Assembly (NCBI GenBank): GCA_963749075.1
Contig: CAVVLJ010000016.1
Coordinates: 352,001-416,000 of the forward strand
From: an uncultured Pseudomonadota bacterium
GTDB taxonomy: Bacteria; Pseudomonadota; Alphaproteobacteria; JACZXZ01
Reading direction: 5' to 3'
DNA: 64,000 nt
Of this stretch, positions 8,972 through 19,580 are shown piece by piece. The stretch's first letter is position 1, and every line of letters starts with the position of its first letter. The notes beneath the pieces were generated by a model. That model was not told where the DNA came from, made no database searches, and saw only the letters and a list, made by a program, of their open reading frames with translations. Both the position numbers and the translations under genes were made by a program.

Positions 8972-11066
8972 ATGGCCGAACTGCTTCTAGAGCTCTACTC
9001 CGAAGAGATTCCGGCGCGCATGCAGGCGCGCGCGGCGGACGACTTCGAGCGCCTGGTGACGGAAAAACTCAATGAGGCCCGCCTCGCGTTCAGCCACGCG
9101 GAGGCGCATGTGACGCCGCGGCGGCTGGCGCTCGTCGTGGACGGCCTGCCGAAACGGCAGCCGGATCTCCTCGAGGAGCGCAAGGGTCCGCGTTTGGGCT
9201 CTCCCGAGCAGGCGATCCAGGGCTTCCTCAAGGCGGCGGGATTGACCTCGCTCGCCGAGTGCGAGGTGCGCGCGGTCGGCAATGCCGAGTTCCATTTCGC
9301 GGTGCGCAAGGTGGCCGGACGGCCGACGCCGGAGGTCGTTCGCGATATCGTCGCGGGCATCGTTCGCAACTTCCCGTGGCAAAGGTCGATGCGCTCGGGC
9401 GCGGGCTCGTTCCGCTGGGTCCGTCCGCTCCACGCCGTGCTTGCGGTGCTCGACGGGAGGGCGCTCAAGGGTGCCCTCGATCTCGGCGATGCCGCGCTTG
9501 CCTTCACCAACAAGACGCGCGGCCACCGTTTCCTCGCACCCAAGCCATTCGCGGTCGCAAGCTTCGCCGACTACCGGGATAAGCTCCGCGCTGGCTTCGT
9601 CATCCTCGACCGCGAGGAGCGCAAGCGCATCATCGTCGCCCGCGCCGCCGAGCTCGCGGCGGCCGAGGGGCTGGCGCTCAAGGAGGACGCGGCGCTGCTC
9701 GACGAGGTGGCGGGCCTCGTCGAGTGGCCGGTTCCCCTCATTGCTTCGATCGACCGCACCTTCATGGCGCTGCCGCGCGAGGTGCTCGTCACCACCATGC
9801 GCACGCACCAGAAGTATTTCGCGCTCGAGACGCAAGACGGCGGCCTGGCACAGCACTTCGTCGTCGTGGCCAACATCGCGGCCACGGACGGCGGCCGGGC
9901 GATCGCCGCGGGCAACGAGCGGGTGCTGCGCGCGCGCCTGGCGGACGCCAAGTTCTTCTGGGACCAGGACCGCAAGATCAAGCTCGAGGAGCGCGTGCCC
10001 AAGCTTGCGACCCTCGTCTTCCATGCCAGGCTCGGCAGCGTGGGCGACAAGGTGGCGCGCCTCCAGGCGCTCGCCGCCGAGTTCGCGCCCTACATCCCCG
10101 GCTGCGAGGTGGGCCGCGCGCGCAGTGCCGCCCTCCTCGCCAAGGCCGACCTCGTGACCGGCATGGTCGGCGAGTTCCCCGAGCTGCAGGGCGTCATGGG
10201 GCGCTATTACGCGCTCCACGAGGGCGAGGCGCCGGCGGTGGCCGAGGCCATCGCCGAGCATTACGCGCCGCTCGGCCCCAACGACCGCTGCCCGAGCGCA
10301 CCCGTCTCGCTCGCCGTGGCGCTTGCCGACAAGATCGACACGCTCGTCGGCTTCTGGTCGATCGACGAGAAGCCGACGGGCTCCAAGGATCCCTATGCCT
10401 TGCGGCGCGCGGCCTTGGGCGTCATCCGGCTCGTCGTCGAGAACGGCTTGCGCCTGCCGCTCGCCAAGGCATTTGCAGCGGCTGAGCGGCTCTATGGCGA
10501 GCAGGCGGCAGGTGCCGCCGACGCCGGCAAATTCGACGCCGCCGACCTCCTCGCCTTCTTCGCCGAGCGCCTCAAGGTGCATTTGCGCGAGAAAGGCGTA
10601 CGGCACGATCTCGTCTCGGCGGTCTTCGCAACGAGCGGCGAAGACGACCTCGTGCGCCTGCTCGCGCGCGTGGAGGCGCTCGGCGCATTCCTTGCCAGCG
10701 ACGACGGCGCCAATCTGCTCACCGCCTACCGGCGGGCCGCCAACATCGTGCGCATCGAGGAGAGGAAGGACAAGGCAACTTACGACGGCGGCATCGACGA
10801 GGCACTTCTCGCTGCCGAGCGAGGAGAAGGCGCTCCATGCCGGGCTTGCGCGCGCCGGGAGCGAAATCCATATCTCGAGCGGCCGCGAGGATTTCGCCGG
10901 CGCCATGGCGGCGCTGGCGCGGCTCCGAGCACCGCTCGACGCCTTCTTCGACAAGGTCACGGTCAACTGCGACGACCCCGGGCTGCGCGCGAACCGCCTG
11001 AAGCTCCTGGCGGGCATCCGCTCGGCACTCGGCGGCGTCGCCGACTTCTCGAAGATCGAGGGCTAG
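8972..11066 (+). CDS. glyS: Glycine-tRNA ligase beta subunit; frameshift at ~10810
   Basis: [50 protein letters not shown]. The C-terminus ([10 protein letters not shown]...NRLKLL...VADFSKIEG) continues in the 10323..11066 frame. Confidence 0.95.
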
Positions 11067-11069
11067 CCG

Positions 11070-13760
<2,691 letters not shown>

Positions 13761-13803
13761 GGCGCTGCCGGCGGCGAAGCGAGCATCGGCCCCTTCCCTT
13801 CGG

Positions 13804-13995
13804 CTCGTTGATGCACACGTCGGACGGACGGACATCGAGGCGCGCCAATCAACTACAGCGTCATGGCCGCGAAAGCGGGCATCCACGAGTTGCAGGGACG
13901 TCCGCTGACGCGCCGCTCGCGAGTTCCGGCTTTCGCGGGAACGGCGCATAACCTATTGCGACGACGATGCCTTTCGAGATGTGTGCGTCAACTAG
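13804..13995. mobile_element. MITE-like element, copy C (192 bp), at the left edge of the Rhs island
   Basis: Ends ctcgttgatgcacacgtc and (revcomp) ctagttgacgcacacatc match the consensus at 16/18 and 17/18. Cargo is a degenerate cgtcatggccgcgaaagcgggcatcca REP. No clear TSD. Confidence 0.7.
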
Positions 13996-14575
13996 CTTCA
14001 TCTCAGGAGCAGAGAGCCGGTCACGCTCTGGCTGCGACAGGTTTTGCGGCCGCTTTTCTTCCAGAATCGCCGCTGACACGGGGCCGGTGCGCGGCGCGGG
14101 CTCGCGCATGGCAGCGAGAGTATTTGCGTTGGGGGCAAACAGGCGCTCGTAATGGAGGACGCGGGCGGCCGCGTCGCCGGGGAGTGCCGCGACGAGCTCT
14201 CGATTGGGCGGGACATGCGCCTTCACCGCGAAGGCCCGCGAACGGGCCGTGTCCAACAGGATCTCGAGGACCTCGCCTTCAAGCGAACCCGGATAGTCGC
14301 GCGAGTTGAGCGTGATCTCGCGGCCGGCGATCGTCTGGCGCGTGGTCGGGTGGCCGACGGCCGACAGGCGAGGAGGGCTCCGGACGGCACCGGCCGTCCG
14401 GAGCGCCAAGAACGCGGGCGGTCAGAGGACCGGTGCGGATCCCGATACCGCTCCAGGGCTGGTGGTGTTGCCACCGACTAGGTTGTTCCCCGTGGAGAGC
14501 ACCGTCCCGCCACTGGCGGTCGATATGCCGGTGGTCGCCCGGGACGGCCAGCGCAGGGACGCATCACTCGCCCGA

Positions 14576-15538
14576 TCAGTTGAGCGGAGTGCCGGTGAGC
14601 GGCGTCCCATCGATCGTTGTGTTGCCGTTGATGCCGTTGTCTTTGTATGAATATATCGCGCCGCCGCCGGAGCCGACGCCGGTGGCGTTGAGCGTGACCG
14701 TCGAGTTGCCCATCAGGAGGGTAGAGCCCGTACCGTTCGCGATGACGCCTGTGGTGCCGTTGCCGACGGAGGCGCTGCGATCCATCATCACGAGCGGAGG
14801 CCGCCCGCCCGCCGGCCCGGTGACGGTGATGCCGGAGTTGGCGCTGCCCGAGACCACGGTGTCCCGGATGAGGAGTTCGATAAATGGGCCGGTGCTGCCC
14901 GTGCCGTCCGCCGTGATTCCGGACGCGTTCCCCTCCACGCGAATGCCGTCGAGGAAGGCTTGCGCAGAGCCGGATCCGTTCGGCTTGACCAGGATGCCGC
15001 CGCCGTTGGCGCCGCTGCCGTTGTTCGATATATAGGTGTCGGACACGAAGAGCTGGGCCGCGCCGGTGGGAGCGAAATTGATGCCGATCGCGGAGCCGCT
15101 ATTGAACCCGCGGATGATGCAATCCTCGACGTGCAGCAGCCCGGCCCCGGTGAAGCTGATTCCGATGAGCCCGGTCGTGACTCCCTCGAAATCCAAACCT
15201 TGCAGCTTCACGATGGATCCTGCGGGCGTGCTGACGGTAATGCCGTTGGTCCCCGACGCCAGCACGCCCGCCGTCCCGACTTGGCAGATGATGGCGATCG
15301 AATTGGTGATGGTGAGCCCGCCGAAGGCGCCGGGATCCAAGCAGTTGATCTCGCCAGCCACGGCCGTCTTCGAGATGGCGCCGGCAAAGGTCCTGCAGGG
15401 TGCGGTGCGGCTGCATGGATTGGCATCGTTACCGACGCCGGAAACCCAGGTCTGTGTCGCTTGAGCCTGAGCGGGTGCCGTGTGCAAGAGCGGCAGGCAT
15501 ACGGCGCCGGCGAAAGCCAAGACTGTCGAGATTCTCAT
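14576..15538 (-). CDS. Secreted right-handed beta-helix (pectin-lyase-like fold) protein
   Basis: Signal peptide MRISTVLAFAG...AQA, then TQTWVSGVGNDANPCSRTAPCRTFAGAISKT and GI/NG-rich PbH1-type repeats. Confidence 0.85.
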   Translation of the reverse strand: MRISTVLAFAGAVCLPLLHTAPAQAQATQTWVSGVGNDANPCSRTAPCRTFAGAISKTAVAGEINCLDPGAFGGLTITNSIAIICQVGTAGVLASGTNGITVSTPAGSIVKLQGLDFEGVTTGLIGISFTGAGLLHVEDCIIRGFNSGSAIGINFAPTGAAQLFVSDTYISNNGSGANGGGILVKPNGSGSAQAFLDGIRVEGNASGITADGTGSTGPFIELLIRDTVVSGSANSGITVTGPAGGRPPLVMMDRSASVGNGTTGVIANGTGSTLLMGNSTVTLNATGVGSGGGAIYSYKDNGINGNTTIDGTPLTGTPLN

Positions 15539-15639
15539 GATCCTTCTCCCCTTGCTCGTCTGTAGATAGGTGAGCGCATTGGCACGCCACGTGATCTGGC
15601 GTTCGGCATGCCCAGGGCCTCGACCCGTCCGTGTCTTGC

Positions 15640-15651
15640 GGGGGGGGGGGG
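15640..15651. repeat. G12 homopolymer in the 5' region of the beta-helix gene
   Basis: Twelve consecutive G between a minus-strand TATAAT (15686-15691) and the ATG at 15538. Confidence 0.8.
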
Positions 15652-15791
15652 CGAAATCTGCCCTCTTTTCGCTCAATCGGCGTCGATTATACGCCCAATA
15701 TGTGATATCGCGTGCAATGCTGGCCCTTCCAGCTCGCGCGTCGGAAGAAAATCGCGAACTTCCCCTTCGGAGCACGCGAAAGGCGATCGGC

Positions 15792-15990
15792 TCAGGGATG
15801 GGCATGCGGCGGCAGGAGCGGCACCGGCGCCTCGATGCCGCCCTTGGTGAAGGCGACCGATTCCGCGGTGATGCGCTCGACGCGCCAGCCCTCGACCACG
15901 TCGCCGGTCCGCACCTGGTAGGATTTGCCCGTCGACTGCGAGACGATGAGCGCATCCTGCTCGCGTGCGGAAACCACGACCCCTTGAGCT
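15792..15990 (-). pseudogene. 3' fragment of a T2SS GspC / PilP-like (HR domain) gene
   Basis: QGVVVSAREQDALIVSQSTGKSYQVRTGDVVEGWRVERITAESVAFTKGG fits the GVV...ALI...V..GD.V.GW.V..I....V pattern. No N-terminal part of its own. Confidence 0.55.
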
Positions 15991-16045
15991 GGAATTGCCG
16001 CGCACCGCCGTCTGCTTCGCCAGCCGAGGACGGCGGCGGCCGGCG

Positions 16046-16535
16046 CGTCGTCGAGCACGCGGCCGGCGGCGGTCGGCTTGTCGTAGCTGCCGCCGAAGAT
16101 CGAGCTCGCCTGCCCCGGGTAATTGAACCAGATGCGGTTCTCGAGCGGGTATTTGACGCTCTCGACGGCGGTCGATTTGACGGCCACGTTATAGACGTGC
16201 ACGAAATGCCGGTCCCGCGCCTTGGTGTAGTCGCAGCCGCCCGTAGGCGTGCAGCCCGCCGCGACGTAGGCGTCCTTGTCCCAATGGAAGCTGTCGCGGT
16301 AGGTGAGGTACTGGTTCGTCGTCGCCATGCCCTGCGGCACGGTCGCGGCCGCGTCGCTGTTCGTAGGCGAGCACGGCACTGCGGTTGAACGGATCGGTGA
16401 TCTCTGTCACCAGGAGGGGCTGGCCGACGCGGCCGTATGCGAAGGTGGTCTGCCGCCCGGCCGCGTCGGTGAGGGAGACGAGGCGCTCCTGGCCGTCATA
16501 GGTGAGCGTAAGCGCATTGCCTTGCGGGTCGATCC
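16046..16535 (-). pseudogene. Relic Rhs fragments (third, diverged copy with a 236-bp internal deletion)
   Basis: 16361-16535 aligns to 22762-22936 (offset 6401; IDPQGNALTL..YD.QERLVSLTDAAGRQTTFAYGR). 16046-16359 aligns to 22211-22524 (offset 6165; RDSFHWDK...ESVKYPLENRIWFNY...GRVLDD). Confidence 0.88.
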
Positions 16536-16544
16536 AAGTGTCGT

Positions 16545-17126
16545 TCAATGTTCCGACTTCGCGTAAGCCTGCAGCAGCTTATTGCGCCATTCTAGCGGCA
16601 ACACGCGTTGAGAAAGTCCATAACTGGGAGGGTTCTCGATGGCTTTGTCAATAGGCAGAGCATTGAGCTGTACGATCACCGACCTGAATATGTCGTGCAC
16701 TCCGTTCTCGCGAACCGCGAGCACTGCTATTTCGTTATTTCTTTCGCAATAAATGCACCAGCGGTTGGCGTCGGACGTGCACCCATAACGATCCATTTGA
16801 TATAGCCATCCAGAGCCGATACTAGAACCACGTATGAGCGACATGTAGGTCTCAGTTCCCATGCTTCCATCCAGAAACAGAGAGGCTTGCTCCAGATCGC
16901 CCTTAGCACGTGCTTCTTCTAGGTTAGTCAAACAGGCACAAGATCCACCCTCTTCTCCGAGAAGGATTCCAACTCGTCCAACAAATTGGGGCTCGAAAAT
17001 CCATTCAGGGTCAAAGAAAAAAAATTGATCCCAGCCGTTCCGAAAAACATTTTTGGGGAATCGGCAGTCGAGCCTTAGCTCCGTGCTTAGGTTTGATAAG
17101 GCCTTTTTTCTCAGATCATCGTACAC
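16545..17126 (-). CDS. Putative immunity protein for orphan Rhs toxin CT2
   Basis: 193 aa, markedly low GC, GTG start after GGAGA, immediately downstream of the orphan toxin. Confidence 0.75.
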   Translation of the reverse strand: MYDDLRKKALSNLSTELRLDCRFPKNVFRNGWDQFFFFDPEWIFEPQFVGRVGILLGEEGGSCACLTNLEEARAKGDLEQASLFLDGSMGTETYMSLIRGSSIGSGWLYQMDRYGCTSDANRWCIYCERNNEIAVLAVRENGVHDIFRSVIVQLNALPIDKAIENPPSYGLSQRVLPLEWRNKLLQAYAKSEH

Positions 17127-17178
17127 CGAGCTTCTCCGATCGTCGCAAATAACAAGTCAAAACCATCTTGGTCATGTC

Positions 17179-19062
17179 TCACGGGCCGCCTAACCGAATC
17201 TTCAACAGTGTTCGCCCAGCTGAATTAAATACCTGAGCGCTCGCTTCTCCTGTGCTGGTCGCCGTGTATATTGTGTAGGTTGTCTCGCCATTGCTAAGGG
17301 TAATAAACGGGCCGTTCGTTGAGACTCCCTGTCTTACAATGTTAAATCCCATCGAGGTTAGATTAGTTTCAAAATCTGTCGCCGTCACATCGGTCCCGAT
17401 ATTGAGAATTTCGCCGGTCTGTGCAATCGTATCGTCCCAAAGTGATGTAGCTCCCGCTTCCTCTGCCGCGGCTATACCTTCCTCGGCGACCGCCAGCTCC
17501 GGTGCCACCAAGCCGAGCGTGGCGCCCAGCGCTGCTCCAATACCAGCAGCAGCGGCGACTTGGCCCCAGTTCACGCACCCGAGATTGCCGCCGTTACCGT
17601 AGAGCTGCGCCGCCAGATCACCGAAACCACCGAGAAGGGCGCCGACCCCGGCACCGACGAGGCCGAACCTCCCGCTTGGATCTGTTAGGCTGACCGGGTT
17701 GCCGTTGACATAACGGTACAGATTTGCGGCCGGATCGCTCCTTTCGCCAAAGGTGTCGCGCGAGAGCCATCGCCCGGAGACGGGGTCGTAGGCCCGGTAT
17801 TGCGTCAGGTACAGCCCGCTGTCGGAGTTGTAGAACATGCCGGCGTAGTTGAAGTCGGTCACCGGCGCCGTGGTCTGCAGCGGGTTGCCGTAGGGGTCGT
17901 AGGCGTAGGCCGGCGCGCTCGTGGCGCTGGCGAAGGCGCGGCGCACCGAGCCGAGCTGGTCGGGGCCGTAGTAATAGGGCTGCGCCGGGGTGCCCGGAAC
18001 GAGCTCGCCCTCGGCAACATATTCCCGCGTCGGTGCATTGGCGGCGTTGCGCGCCTGGCAGATGCGGCCGCCGCACCAGAGGTAGGAGGTGGCGACCGCA
18101 CCGCTGCCGCCGGCGGCGCGGCTATGATGGCGCGCCCGCGAGATGAAGGAGCTCGTGATCGGGGCGCCGCCGCCCCAGAGCGTGCTCGTGATCGCGGTGC
18201 GCCGGCCGAGCCCGTCGTAGGCGAAGGCGGTCCGCTTGCCCGTCTGCCCCGGATATCCCGGATAGCCGATGGCGAGGAGCCGGTTCTCGGCGTCCCAGGC
18301 GTAGGTGCGCAGCCCGTCGGAGAGCAGGTTGCCGTTGGCGTCGTAGGTGAAGGGCTGGCCCGAGAGGCTGGTCAGCGCATTGACGTTGTTGTAGCCCGCG
18401 GTCTGAGTCCCCGGGCTCGGATAGACGGTCGGGCTGTCGCTCGTCTCGCTGATGGCGGCGATGAAGTTCTCGGGCGTCGTGGTGTAGGCGTAAGTCGAGT
18501 ACTGGCCCGAGGAGAGCCCGACGTTGCTGATCCCCGCAAGGCGGCGGTCGCCCGAGTTGGGGAGATAGCTCCAGGTGGTCGCCAAGGTCGAGCTCGCGAG
18601 CTGGCGGCTCGTGATCTGCCCGGTCTGGCCGAGGTAGGCGAGCGCGAAGGCGCCGAGGTCGCTCGCGTGGCTGGTGAGCCGGCCGATGGCGTCGTAGCCG
18701 AAGGTCTCGGCCCCGGCGGCGCCGACGGTGCGCGAGGCGAGCCGCCCGAGCGCGTCATAGACGTAGCTGATGGCACTCACCGGCAGCGCGCTGCTCTCCT
18801 GCCGCAGGCGCAAGGCGCCGAGCGAGCCTATCGCGACATAGGCGTAGCTCGTGGTGCCGGTGCCGTCCGCCATCGAGACGAGGCGCGGGAAGTAGGGGTC
18901 GTAGGCGAAGGCGACGTTGGGCGTGGGGTTGGCCGCGTTGAGATAGGCGATGCCGGCCAGCCGGTCGTCCTCGAAGTAGCTGTATTGCTTCACCTGCGCG
19001 AGGGCGTCGGTGACCGATGCGAGGCGGCTCGTGGTGCTCTCGTAGGCGTAGCCAAAATCCAT
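17179..19062 (-). CDS. Orphan Rhs core plus C-terminal toxin module (CT2)
   Basis: 17705-19051 is a colinear, highly similar copy of 20128-21474 (constant offset 2423). Core end LYRYVNGNPVSLTDPSGR is followed by a different 162-aa tip. Lacks the N-terminal export/C39 region. Confidence 0.9.
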   Translation of the reverse strand: MDFGYAYESTTSRLASVTDALAQVKQYSYFEDDRLAGIAYLNAANPTPNVAFAYDPYFPRLVSMADGTGTTSYAYVAIGSLGALRLRQESSALPVSAISYVYDALGRLASRTVGAAGAETFGYDAIGRLTSHASDLGAFALAYLGQTGQITSRQLASSTLATTWSYLPNSGDRRLAGISNVGLSSGQYSTYAYTTTPENFIAAISETSDSPTVYPSPGTQTAGYNNVNALTSLSGQPFTYDANGNLLSDGLRTYAWDAENRLLAIGYPGYPGQTGKRTAFAYDGLGRRTAITSTLWGGGAPITSSFISRARHHSRAAGGSGAVATSYLWCGGRICQARNAANAPTREYVAEGELVPGTPAQPYYYGPDQLGSVRRAFASATSAPAYAYDPYGNPLQTTAPVTDFNYAGMFYNSDSGLYLTQYRAYDPVSGRWLSRDTFGERSDPAANLYRYVNGNPVSLTDPSGRFGLVGAGVGALLGGFGDLAAQLYGNGGNLGCVNWGQVAAAAGIGAALGATLGLVAPELAVAEEGIAAAEEAGATSLWDDTIAQTGEILNIGTDVTATDFETNLTSMGFNIVRQGVSTNGPFITLSNGETTYTIYTATSTGEASAQVFNSAGRTLLKIRLGGP

Positions 19063-19212
19063 TCTGATCCAACAATTTCTCACCGATCGACGTGCAATTA
19101 CACGAAGCCTACTCCCAATCAACCCCGAGCCCTCATTCGTCCAGTTACGCCGCTCTGGGACCATGCGCCGATTGCATAGCGTGCTGACTCGCGGTCGAAG
19201 CGCTGCATCCAA

Positions 19213-19503
19213 TCATCGGTCCGACCCTTGCGACCTTTCTTTGGCTTTCGATATGTCGAATCCACATTGTCGACAACTAACTGGAAAGAACGGCGTAGCC
19301 AACCGGGTCGGTGGAAACAGGCGCGCCCGACATCGAGGGCAACGAAAGCGAGCGGCGTAGATATAAAACGCAGGAACTATACATGACGGGGCAAGGAGAT
19401 AGATCCAACCGTTCGCATTTAGAAGGTGCAGGGTTTCGAACGCGATGAGGAGCGCGATCAAGCCGGCTGTTTGGGCTATATGCAGCTTCGTCGTGACGCT
19501 CAT
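19213..19503 (-). CDS. Putative immunity protein for Rhs CT1 (2 TM helices plus CxxC/CxxC zinc ribbon)
   Basis: 96 aa, lower GC, directly downstream of the full-length Rhs. Hydrophobic N-half, CPRC and CRQC. Confidence 0.65.
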   Translation of the reverse strand: MSVTTKLHIAQTAGLIALLIAFETLHLLNANGWIYLLAPSCIVPAFYIYAARFRCPRCRARLFPPTRLATPFFPVSCRQCGFDISKAKERSQGSDR

Positions 19504-19580
19504 ACTAGGCCTTCGCGATGCGCGTTTATCACAAGGTCCGATTAGATCACGTCGGCGCCATTGCGCTTGCCGCTGCTCCT

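Noticed and set aside
8987-11017. 676-aa minus-strand ORF, and similar ones at 12282..13949, 31913..34501 and 44936..47365
   Set aside because: Antisense shadows of well-identified high-GC genes, with no recognisable motifs.
13861-14409. 182-aa minus-strand ORF with a RelB/DinJ-like phrase (LFAPNANTLAAMRE)
   Set aside because: It runs into the MITE, has no convincing start, and the resemblance covers only ~14 residues. At most degraded island debris.
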